Origin: Cyanidioschyzon merolae
Lineage: Eukaryota
DNA: 64,000 nt
Assembly: GCA_000091205.1 (NCBI GenBank)
Contig: AP006492.2
Reading direction: 5' to 3' (one strand)
Shown: positions 47,300-57,362 of the stretch, one piece after another
Numbering within the stretch: position 1 is the stretch's first letter
Layout of the letters: every line of letters starts with the position of its first letter
Notes under the pieces: model-generated
What the model was told of the DNA's origin: nothing
Databases searched by the model: none
The model's input: only the letters and a program-made list of their open reading frames with translations
Position numbers and translations under genes: made by a program

Positions 47300-47546
47300 A
47301 GCCCGAGGCAAGCGTTCACACGTGTACACACACACAGACACAAACACACTGATGCAGACAATAAAAACAGTGATATCGACAGGACCAAACCAGAGATGCA
47401 CACACACACTTCGACCCTGTTTGGAATACACACAAGACGGGTGTTCCCCGAAATACTGCTACACTTGATTGTGTTGAAACGCGCCTTCACCGAATAATGA
47501 AATGCGCGGCATCGAGCAGCACGCATCGACGACGCGACAGCCGCAA

Positions 47547-47623
<77 letters not shown>

Positions 47624-47900
47624 ATCCATAGACCGCTCGCCTTCAGACGTAGGGCAGCGAGGCACCCGGTCGATGCGGATGCGTCACGCGGGGCAATGCG
47701 CGCCACCACGCATCGATTGCGCTGCCGCTGAGGCCTGTTGATGATGATGATGATGGTGATGATGGTGATGCTTGGGAGCGAGGCGGGGAGTCGCTGTGCT
47801 GCGTCGCCGACGCTGCTGGCTACACGATCGCGGGAGGGGGGGGGGTTTGTGTTGATGCTTCTCTCTCTCTCTCTGTGTGTGTGTATGCATCTAACATCGT
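47300..47900. repeat. Compound microsatellite cluster: (CA)n-rich, (GCGT)19, (GAT)n, poly-G, (CT)n(GT)n.
   Basis: The line starting at 47281 carries the CA-rich run tgtacacacacacagacacaaacacac. 47545-47620 is gcgtgcgtgcgt... 47741-47775 is gatgatgatgatggtgatgatggtgatg. 47823-47836 is poly-G, followed by ctctctctctctgtgtgtgtg. Confidence 0.9.
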
Positions 47901-48136
47901 GCAGCGTCCCGTAATGGCACCAGATGGTGCAGTCGACGGGGTACGCTGATTTCCCGCAGGCGATGCCCGACATTACGTAGTAGGAAGAATGCCCCACAGG
48001 ATATGCAACGCTTTGTTATTTTCGAACTCGACTGTGTATGACCTCGAGCGAATTGCAAGTACCCTCAATTGATGGAGATGTGGAAGGGAAAAATCATGCG
48101 GAAGGCTCGATTTGCGCATGATGCTCACGTTTTACT

Positions 48137-49951
48137 CAGATCAGAGAATTCCGGAACACACGTTCAAGTACATTATCTGAGACTATTTTACTTTCAGGTA
48201 CTCAGCAAACGGGACGTGTTATTCGGTTTGAGAAGCGGTCCTGGAAAGACTCTGTGCTGTCGCTGCTAGCTGGCGAGATAACGACATTACTGGTCCAAGT
48301 CGGTCACTCTACGCTCAGTAGGCGGATGAATCCTCTGTCCTCGTCGTCCGTGCAACGGATGCCGTGCACCCTACCCTGATCCTCGCAAACGCTGTCTATA
48401 CGGCTGCGCACTCACTCGACAACGCATTCTATAGCATACTTTTGCTGACCAGTTTTGTCAAAGAAGCGACAGGATATGAAGTTTCCGCTCTATTGAGACG
48501 AGCATTGATGAAGAGACACGAACTCGTACTAAGAAGTATGTTTCCGTATGCAGCTCTCGCCCGTTAAGCTTCGCTCGCTAAGCTTCCCCATGAAACACAA
48601 ACACCGGTTCCAGCAGGGACGGGGTTTCGTCTCACTGGATGAGACTGTTCTCGGAATAACCGGTACAGCTTTGTATCGGCATTCAGAGAGACGCGAGCTG
48701 CACTTCATACACAAGAGACAAGCTTGAATGGCGGCAGTACCGGTGCTTGTGGTGACGCAGCCGTTCAGTCGCCTACCAACGGCCAAACGAAAAGATTCGC
48801 TGATGGCCTCAAGCTTCGTGTGTGCCGACTTGCTCGCGCTTCCCTCGTCTCCCTCGCTGGGGCGCATCTCGTCGAGCGGCTGTTCGAGCGCGTTCCGTAC
48901 GCACGGCGGCCAGCTGTCCTTACCCGCCTCGACGTTCTCGATCAAACCTTCGTGCGGCAGCACAACGGCTGCTCGGGACACCATCGGCACCGCGACAGGA
49001 TTCTTCCAGAGCGCGGCATCATCGGGGCCCGGGCATCATGGACGCCAGGCGACATACCACAAAGTGGAATGACGGCATCAGGGCGCATCGCGACGCTCTC
49101 AGCGTCGTATTGTACTGTGCAGACGGTGATGCGTTTATGCGCGTTATTCAGAGAGCACACGAGCGTGCGACTGGCCTGTACAGACGATCGACGGCAGATG
49201 TGTCTGGCGCTGTGCTCGGATAGCCTGCAGTTTCGTCTGTGCGGAGGCCGGTAGTCTTGCACTCGGCACCTAGTCAAGCGGTTGTGGAAAGGGAATGACC
49301 GGCAAGTCGCGTCGTTGAGTGGTAGCCCACCGCGATGAACATCCTCCAGCAAACATCGGTTGCTCCAGTGCCCCGTCGAAGCGCGCCTCAAGTGAGTGCA
49401 GGCATCGATTTCGAAGGTCGTTCACTGACGCCCTCATGACGACGTACGCGCCTGACTAGAACATATGCATGCTGAAACCGGTAGAGCACACGAGCCGGGA
49501 CCAGCGTCGGATGCACGATACCGTGTGCGGTATGCTGGCCGAACGCCAGATGGCGAGGCAATCGAAGGCGAGAGGCTTGCCACCTTGGAACTGCACCAGC
49601 AACCAGGCGCGCAAGCACTTTTCTGTACCGAGACATGAACCTGTCGATCAGCATCCGGCAATGTTCCGTGCTCCCGGGGCGTCCAGCGGCTGTGGGTCGA
49701 GCGAACGTTCGATCAGTTCGTCTGGGACTGGGTTTGAGCACTGCCCTGAGGCGCTGAGCACTCTCGATGAGCAGAACCAGTGACCCAGAGACAAGGCATT
49801 GGATTGCTGCCCGAGGCCGGTCACTGGTATGGCACGTTCGGCAATCTAGAGCGGACGAAGCGGCGTGGATAGATACGCGCGGCATGGTATTCCCACGCAG
49901 TTGCTGAACAATAATCTCGTTTCATTAATCGATATATCTACGGATATCGCG
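48137..49951. repeat. Right arm of the large inverted repeat (pairs with 41692..43506).
   Basis: See the left arm. The inner boundary diverges right after ...ggaattctctgatctg (43506 / 48137). The outer boundary lies near tatatcgattaatgaaacg (41692 / 49951). Confidence 0.9.
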
Positions 49952-51586
49952 TAAAGTGTACAGCAAGTATTCTTGTTAATACCCGTGTCAGACTAACACC
50001 GAACGGGTCTACCTAATGAAACGCGCCTGCAAAGTTTCGAGACGCTTTCAACATCCATCAGCACCAGCTTCCGCGGGCTTTGTCTGCGACTGCTTCCTTT
50101 TCCTCTGTATTATTTCCAGCTTTTAGTATGTCAGACTCTCGCGTACCTGCAGCATTGCTGTCAGAAGTCGATGGATGATGATGATCGCGTACAAGTCCCG
50201 AGTTCCTAGTTTCCGTTAGTTGCCAACGGATTCGAGACTCATACGGAAGTTGCGATCTACGCTTCGCTTGCCATTTTCACCTTCTTTTCATAGAGTCATA
50301 CTGCTCCCTGCATAGTGATGAGACTTGCCTTGGACAGGTGTTCCCCCAAGTCCATCAGATCTCCTTGACTGAGGGCTATACTCTAGCGCACGAAAGCTTG
50401 CTTCGCCATTCGATACACGCCCTCTGGCGCGGCAGCGCGAACCCTCGATGCCACCCTCCGTCTGTGCACCCCGTCGTCGTAACCTAGAATCACAGGGGTT
50501 TCCTGGGTGATCCCATTAGCGAGTATGCTCTCTGCCACCCGTGCACGAGCACGCTCCCTCATTCGATGAAGGATTCGGGAAATGCGGTATTGTCCATGAT
50601 GAAACAAGAAGTACCGTTTGGAAAAATCTGGTCTCTACAAGGAGCAACGGAACTTCGATCCGTCTATGCTGCCATCTCGCAAAACAGTGACCCTCTCTCT
50701 AGTGAGTGTGTTTGTTGGAATGACTGAAGCTGGAGTTCAAGGCCCTTTTACGTGCAAGCAGATGAAAAGGGAGCCTCTTGGAGCAGATCCCGTGAGATCT
50801 ATAATGCTGCTCTCGGATGCTGCTGCGTCGATGAGCGCAACGAAAGGAGTGTATGTCCTGCGAACAGAGCCAATTATTCGATGTGAAATGTTCAGTAAAT
50901 TTTTGGTATGGGCTTGTGAAAAGGTCGTCAATAAACGAAGCGCAGCGGTTTTTGTGGTCACTTGGGCGGCATGAATCGCCGTGCCAACCGTTTGCCTTGA
51001 AACCAAAACGTTGAAAACTTGACGCATGCGTGATTCGAGCGCGCCGCACGTAGAGTAAAGAGAAGCATGGGGGCTTGTGCATGTGACTCAGATAATGAAA
51101 TCGATTATTTTAAGAACACTTGTTCCGGAGCATGGCAAATCATGGTCATTCCGGTGACGTAACAACTTCCAGCGGCGAGGCGTTGAGGAAGTCACCCCGA
51201 AAAGACGACCATTCATCGATGAATTAGGCGTAAAACGTATGCAGGTATTGCTGCACTCGGAATCTCGCGGCTTTATATCCTAAAAAATCTCGGGGAAATT
51301 TGAATATCGGGAACAGAGATACCAGGTGAGAGCTCCATGTAGGTCTCGTTAAGCTTTTGGGCAAGAATAACCAGGGTCCCGAGCGGCGCCTCCTTATCTG
51401 TCCGCGGGATCCTGCATATCAGCGATACCGCAAGTTCGAGCATTTAACTGCTCCACATTGTTTCTGGACGCAAGATCCCGTTGCGAGCCCACGACATGCG
51501 ACAACGACGGCAACAACGGCAATCAGCATTACCGCGACGAAGATCGGCACTGCCCTCGTCAGGAGTGATGGCACCTAGCTGCAAGT

Positions 51587-53761
51587 TCAAGCACGGAGGT
51601 CTGGTCGCTCTCGGCCAAGCTCCGAGACGATTCCACAATAGAGAAGAGCTGCGCGCCCAATATCTGCCACAAAACTCGAGGCAAGTTCCCCAACAGCTTG
51701 AACGTCTCCGTCATTGGGGGCAACGTACTTTTCTAGGTAAACGCGCAGGGTCGCATCCGCTGAACTTGTCCCGCTGAGCCGCAGAACGGCTCGCATCCTC
51801 CGATCAGATGAGAAAAACAACCGTACGCCCTGGTTTCGCGCCCAGGAGCCATCCACTGGATCCTGGTAATGAAATACATCCGCGGCATAGAGCTGTGGTC
51901 CATCGATACGCAAGCTGAGGATTTCGCCGCCTTCGACCGAGCGTTCTAGGTTGCGCATCCAGCGCTCGGCTGTGGTCCGTTCGATTCCGTGAAAATCCCA
52001 GCGCTCGTAATAGTTGCGTCCGTAGTGAGCCCAGTGTGCTCGAACAATATCCTCAACACTTGTGCTTTTCGATCCCGGAGCGACTTGGAGATTATGGTAC
52101 GCCAAAATTGACAGCCAAAAAAGAATAGCCCACAAACCATCTTTCTCTCTGATATGAGCCCCGCCCGCCCCGCAACTCTCCTCTCCGCATAGAGAGACCA
52201 GGCCCGCGTCGAGCAGATTGCAGAAATATTTCCACCCCGTGGGCGTTTCGTAGCACCTAATATTATGGCGTGAAGCAACGACGTCAACAGCAGAGCTCGT
52301 CGGCATCGAGCGAGCGACGCCTCGAATAAGGCCACCATCAAATCTGCAGTATGCGGCAAAATCCGGTCGAAGTGCGTAATCCAACATAATCGCCAGCGAG
52401 TCTGATGGTTGCACGACGAACTTACGCCCGAGAATAAGATATCGGTCACCATCGGCATCGGAAGCAGCGCCAAAGTCGGGTGAATCCTCATCGGAAAAGA
52501 ATTCGGCAACCAAGTCTGCCAAGTTCTCCAGATTAGGTTCCGGATGAACGCCACCAAAGTCGGGGAGATACTGACCCCGCCGGAACCAGGGATACTCCCA
52601 GTACCCGAGTTTTTCGCCAAAAATCATGAACGCAAACGGACCAGTCGATCCATACATCGCATCGTAAACCATGTTAAAGTTTGGGAGACGCAAGAGCGCT
52701 CTTAATCGTTCAAAATGAAATATACCTTCCATCAGCTCCACGTACGTTGCAGTGGCATCAACGAGGTGGATTTCAAAAGTCCTCCCGCCATCCGAGTGTG
52801 GGAGTCTGTCCGGATTCGGGGACTGGAGCGCATCGCGAGCGCCCTCCGGCAAGATCCGAAAACGGTGTACCGTTTGGATCCGTTTGAAATTGACACCGTC
52901 GAACCCGTCCCGGCCACAGAGCGCCTCCGGATCCGACGCCTCCACCTCTAAATATCTAGATATTGTCAAGGTTCTCTCGTAAATTAGGGACGTAAATGAG
53001 TCCGGCGCTGGACCACCGTTTTCCATATTGTACTTGACACCCCAGTCGCCATCAACACCGCCAGGGTTGTGGCTCGCCGTCAGGGCGATCCCGCCCAGGG
53101 CACCAGCAGCTCGAATCGCCGCACTGATAGCGGGCGTCGTAGCGATAGCGTCCGGTCCGAGCACGATCAGCCGCTGCAGGCTGTTGGCGGCAGCGATGCG
53201 GAGCAGTGTTCGAAGGGCAGCCTGGTTGCCCTCGCGGCCGTCGCCACCGACAACGAGTGTTGCCCGGTTGAGGCACGTGCGCCCGTATCGCTCGACCAGC
53301 ACATCGAAAAGGGATTGAAACCAGTTCTCGAAAAAGTTTGGTGTCTGTGTTACCTCACGTGTGCGCTTTCGTATGCCAGAGGTGCCCGTCTTCTGACCAG
53401 GTATCGGTGACGTTGGAACCTGGACAACGCACAGCGGTGTGCTTTCCTCGTACACGACGGTTTCTTGGTGGAACAGATCACTCCAGTCGATTGCAGAGCA
53501 TCGGATTTTGCTGCGTTCGAGTCTAGAGGTTTGATTCGGTTCCCGTTTGCCTGCAAACTTGCGGCGACGCCACGCGCTCTGGCACAAGTAAGAACTTGCC
53601 CTGGTTGGGTTCCAGTAGGTCCCGCGCGCCAGCGTTGCTCGTTTCGGCGTGTAGTTCACGGTAAACGCCAGGCACGGAAACCAGCCGCACTCACAACGAG
53701 GCGCCAATCTGCCGTAAGTTACGCAGTCCATCCCAGTGGATGCATCCTCGATTGAAACCAT
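51587..53761 (-). CDS. PGM: Phosphoglucomutase. The ORF has an about 100-codon N-terminal extension of doubtful coding status.
   Basis: GTSGIRK (phosphate-binding), active-site TASHNPGG, metal-binding DGDGDR, and GEESCG/sugar-binding motifs in the canonical order. The conserved core begins near residue 105 of the ORF (about 53440). The upstream residues (PRCECGWFPCLAF...) are Cys/Trp/Arg-rich and unlike a transit peptide. Confidence 0.85.
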   Translation of the reverse strand: MVSIEDASTGMDCVTYGRLAPRCECGWFPCLAFTVNYTPKRATLARGTYWNPTRASSYLCQSAWRRRKFAGKREPNQTSRLERSKIRCSAIDWSDLFHQETVVYEESTPLCVVQVPTSPIPGQKTGTSGIRKRTREVTQTPNFFENWFQSLFDVLVERYGRTCLNRATLVVGGDGREGNQAALRTLLRIAAANSLQRLIVLGPDAIATTPAISAAIRAAGALGGIALTASHNPGGVDGDWGVKYNMENGGPAPDSFTSLIYERTLTISRYLEVEASDPEALCGRDGFDGVNFKRIQTVHRFRILPEGARDALQSPNPDRLPHSDGGRTFEIHLVDATATYVELMEGIFHFERLRALLRLPNFNMVYDAMYGSTGPFAFMIFGEKLGYWEYPWFRRGQYLPDFGGVHPEPNLENLADLVAEFFSDEDSPDFGAASDADGDRYLILGRKFVVQPSDSLAIMLDYALRPDFAAYCRFDGGLIRGVARSMPTSSAVDVVASRHNIRCYETPTGWKYFCNLLDAGLVSLCGEESCGAGGAHIREKDGLWAILFWLSILAYHNLQVAPGSKSTSVEDIVRAHWAHYGRNYYERWDFHGIERTTAERWMRNLERSVEGGEILSLRIDGPQLYAADVFHYQDPVDGSWARNQGVRLFFSSDRRMRAVLRLSGTSSADATLRVYLEKYVAPNDGDVQAVGELASSFVADIGRAALLYCGIVSELGRERPDLRA

Positions 53762-53855
53762 GCACTCCCTGGGACGTGCACCCGTGCGGCTCGCCCGCAG
53801 CTGCTGCTACAGAGTGCAGCGAATGAACGCGTAGTCTACAAATCCCAGTACGCGT

Positions 53856-54908
53856 TTACGACTTGTCGATCCGAACGCCGTTCGAAATTCGAACGACGCC
53901 AGCAGTACAGTAGTGGCGAGAAGCCCGACCTAGACTAGTCGTCATTAACCAATGTGCAGACGTCCTCGTCTTTTTCGACCGGCCCCCGCTACTGCTCCCT
54001 TTTTTCTCATATAGTTCCACTTTGAGAGATTGTCCAGCAAAGTTCGCGCTTGTCCAATCTGGTGGTCTCTCCTCCAGCACCGCACATCTCCTTATATTGA
54101 TGGCGGCGTTAGAGTCACGATTCACAAACTCCATCCGTTTCTTGCCATCACTGGTTGCACTTACTAATGCAAAGAGTCCACGAACTTTCGCCCTCCTTTC
54201 CATTTGCTCTTCTGTTAGCAGTCCGTACTTTGCTATATCCTCAGGGCTCCTCTGGCACTTTTCCATCTCGACTCTCTGAAGTGTACAACCCAGCTCGTGG
54301 TGTGTGTAGGACGTTCGGAACTCATCTACAGGTATCGTGACGAAACGCCTTGTGCACTCCTTGTACAACCTTGTCGTTGGAGCTGGTGTACACCCTTTTT
54401 GAATCTTCCATCGCCCTGCTGCGTACGCTACTACGAGCCTTTGAGTCTTGTCCTCTTTGAGGGCACTCAACTGATTGAAAAAGTTGGCGAACGCCTGCTG
54501 CTTACCACAATACAGATTCATTCGCAAACGAGCCCATCGGGGCTTTGTATACTCCTCCCAGAGTGCATCCCAATGGGCAACGCGAACTTCCATAAATTTC
54601 CGAAAAGCTTCAAAGTCCGCACCTCGGCTCGTCATCTCGCCCAAAGCTTCCAGGTGATCCTTCATTCCTGAATTCCAAGTCTCGATTTTCTTCCTCGCAT
54701 TCATTATACCGGATTCTCGATAGTATCTTGCTCTCGAGAACCTCATCAGACGCATGTCTTTCTGACGTAAGTTACCATCAGCGCCATCTTCTGCACGCTT
54801 CGGTGCTGCGATGGTTGTGATATTCGTATTCCCAGGGTCCGCGCCACCGACAAAGTCGTTATCTTGCACTTTCTCGGTCACAGGACCCGCCCTCCTTCTT
54901 TTCTTCAT
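53856..54908 (-). CDS. Fanzor (eukaryotic TnpB-like RNA-guided-endonuclease family) protein, C-terminal RuvC-containing half, with an intact 350-aa ORF.
   Basis: RuvC-I-like [14 protein letters not shown] (aa 21-34). The Fanzor/TnpB TS motif is [16 protein letters not shown] (aa 193-208, nt 54285-54332), preceded by [15 protein letters not shown]. The RuvC-III motif is RDSNAAINI (aa 264-272, nt 54093-54119). No canonical RuvC-II Glu is found in the usual xVVED position, which may fit the relocated catalytic Glu described for the Fanzor1 type, as recalled from the literature rather than seen in the sequence. GC is about 50% against about 60% for host genes. Confidence 0.7.
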   Translation of the reverse strand: MKKRRRAGPVTEKVQDNDFVGGADPGNTNITTIAAPKRAEDGADGNLRQKDMRLMRFSRARYYRESGIMNARKKIETWNSGMKDHLEALGEMTSRGADFEAFRKFMEVRVAHWDALWEEYTKPRWARLRMNLYCGKQQAFANFFNQLSALKEDKTQRLVVAYAAGRWKIQKGCTPAPTTRLYKECTRRFVTIPVDEFRTSYTHHELGCTLQRVEMEKCQRSPEDIAKYGLLTEEQMERRAKVRGLFALVSATSDGKKRMEFVNRDSNAAINIRRCAVLEERPPDWTSANFAGQSLKVELYEKKGSSSGGRSKKTRTSAHWLMTTSLGRASRHYCTAGVVRISNGVRIDKS

Positions 54909-56124
54909 GCTTCACCGCGTCAATGGCAAGGTAGTCATCCTGCACCACCGGCGTCGCAGGATCCGCCTCCTTCTCATCTTCATCCTTCGCCGCGCCGACG
55001 ATAAGGTCGTTATCCTCCACCTCCTGCATCACAGAATCCTCCTCTTTGTTTTCTGCATCCCTCGTGACGGGCGCGGCCGAGGGCGGATCTGGACGATCTT
55101 TCTTCAACCGCCGATAGAGTACACACGTGGCTACTCCATCGGTTTCGATCAACCCAGCAAATACCTTTTGTTTGCTGACTTTGAGACGTTTGAAGTCGAA
55201 GATACTCTTCCAGTACGTCTCCCGGTTTTCACCGATGAAGTCCTCCCTGCTCACATCGAACTCCGGACAGATCTCCCTCATGATGCCGTAAAGGACGCCT
55301 GAATCGATAGTCACGAAATGTGACTTGATATTGCACATTGGAACGCCGTTGAAGCGCTTACCCATTAGGAAAGCCTTCCGTCTCTCCCACTCTTGATTTG
55401 TCTCTTCACTCAGCTTCATCTCCGCTTCGCGTTCGAGCTCTCGGTCCAGAAACACGAAATATCACAGGATGAGGCGGTAGTATCTTTCCTTATCTTTTTT
55501 CAACTCTGATCAATTTTCTGCCAAATTCGCCAGCCCCAGGACTGCACGATACTCTTGGATAGCCGCACGGATTACAGAAGCTTCATTTGCGCTCCTGCGT
55601 GACGCCTTCTTATCGACAAACTCGATCTCAACTTCATACTTGCGATCTTTCATGATGCCATTGATAATCGCCCATTTTCCGTTGCGAGCGATGCCCGGGT
55701 AGAGTGTACCCACCGCGCGTATCATAAAACGTTCGAGGTTCACTGTCAAATGGTTCTTCAGACTCGTGGTGTACTTTTTCGCTCCGTATGCCTAAATATC
55801 CGAGGCACCCCTGTATCGATTACCTTCGAAGCGGAATTCCACCAAGTTTTCGTGGAGGGCGTGCACTAGCACATTTTCCTTCAGCGCTTCCGCTGTGCCA
55901 AGCATCAGGTGACGAATAAACGTCTTGTCGAAAAACTCGTCAGGAATCTCGACTGTTTCCGTGTGCGTCACGTCGCGATACATCTCCCTCACCAAATGCA
56001 TCAGTACTGACGACGCCTTGACAATACTCTTGGAGTACGAGTCGACATGGTTTCTGATAGCGTCTCGCAACTTTTCGTTGCACGGATCCTTGATATGTTT
56101 AAGAAGGAAGGTTTTCACCACCAT
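54859..56124 (-). pseudogene. Putative N-terminal half of the same Fanzor gene. It is one reading frame broken by in-frame stops (TAG 55792-55794, TGA 55510-55512, TGA 55462-55464) and joined to the RuvC half by a frameshift within a 3x about 75-bp imperfect tandem repeat.
   Basis: ORFs 55792..56124, 55510..55749 and 54859..55455 all share minus-strand frame 0. The C-terminal ORF 53856..54908 is in frame 2 and overlaps by 50 nt. The repeats encode [11 protein letters not shown] / [11 protein letters not shown] / [12 protein letters not shown] basic NLS-like ORF (KKNKKQCRVQKKRERRR) lies at 56099..56281. No convincing intron signals flank the stops, so recent pseudogenisation is more likely than splicing. 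Confidence 0.45.
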
Positions 56125-57362
56125 CTCGTCGTAAAGTCGTCTTTGTTGCAGCCTTCAACGTAGGGCCTCCCCTTTCGGTTCTTCTTCTCTCCCTTTTCTT
56201 CTGGACTCGGCACTGTTTTTTGTTTTTTTTTCTGGCAGCCGGCGACCCTGGGCCTCCAGGATCGTGGACTTGCTTTTTCATAGCTTTCCTTTTTTAGTTT
56301 TTTTTTGAAAAACAACGCTCTGTGAACGCTTCTGTTATATACTGCGAAAAAAAACTTGAACACACTTGTTTGAGGTTTGAAAGAAAAATGAACTAAAAAA
56401 CTGTACTCTGCTAAGACCTTAACGGAAATCCAATTTTTCCAGTAGAACAACACGCTACTGATCAGGATCGCGTTTCCCTTCAACGGCGGCATTCGCATCG
56501 TGTCAGTAGACTGGCCGATCTCCGAGGTATCTCGGCGTCGATCTGGTCGTGGTGAGCAAAACGCCGGGTACAAAAACACCGATAACAAAACAAACTAGTC
56601 GCAAACTATTTATTAAAGAACAACTATCTTAAAGACCCACACACCACGCCCGCCTTAGAGGTCTAGTTTTTCCGGAGAAGCTCTGAAAGTGGGTTAACGC
56701 GGGGTGCTTGGGCGACGGCGAAGGAAGCCCACGCCAGGGACCTTGACCGCAACGAACGGAGGGGCGGCGGCAGTAGCACCAGAAAATGTTGACGAAAATC
56801 CTGATTAGTCATCCGCCCCTCCCGAATCAACGCTGCAGGTTCGGGCGCAAATCTTGGATCGATCCTCGGACTCGGGCTCCGTTTTACCTCCTACCTTGGC
56901 TACCTACCTCAACTTTGGGAACAATTTCGGCGGATACTTTGGAAGACGGCTGGCAGTATGTTCACTGTCGAAGCTGGAATAAGCGGCTTGCCCGCCTATG
57001 TGTTTGGGGAGCGGATACGTAGCCGCTGAAAGGGTGGTTTGCAGACTGTTCCCAATTGTTGAGGGGAGGTTAAAGCGTCGGGCAAGATAAAGGTCGCATT
57101 CGAATCGACCTTGACTAGCGTACATCTGATTCTACGCTAGCGCTGCGGCAGACGCTCAATGAACGACTGGAATGCAGGAGGCGCTGGTGGCATGTGCGAT
57201 CACACACGCCATGGAGGGTGCATCTCAATCGACAACGTATCTCTCGAGTACCGCAGCGTTAATCCTATTCCCTTATGCGCTACGACTCGATAGGTTTCGC
57301 ATCATGGAATATTTGTGGGATCGCCTCGGTATTGAACTACGAGATATCGAATTACCAGTACA

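Noticed and set aside
55760-55800. A possible 32-nt micro-intron (GTAAT...TTTAG) spanning the in-frame TAG at 55792 in the Fanzor N-terminal region.
   Set aside because: Removing 32 nt would shift the frame, yet the downstream ORF continues in the same frame as the upstream one. The second and third stops have no GT...AG context. Nonsense mutation and decay is the simpler reading.
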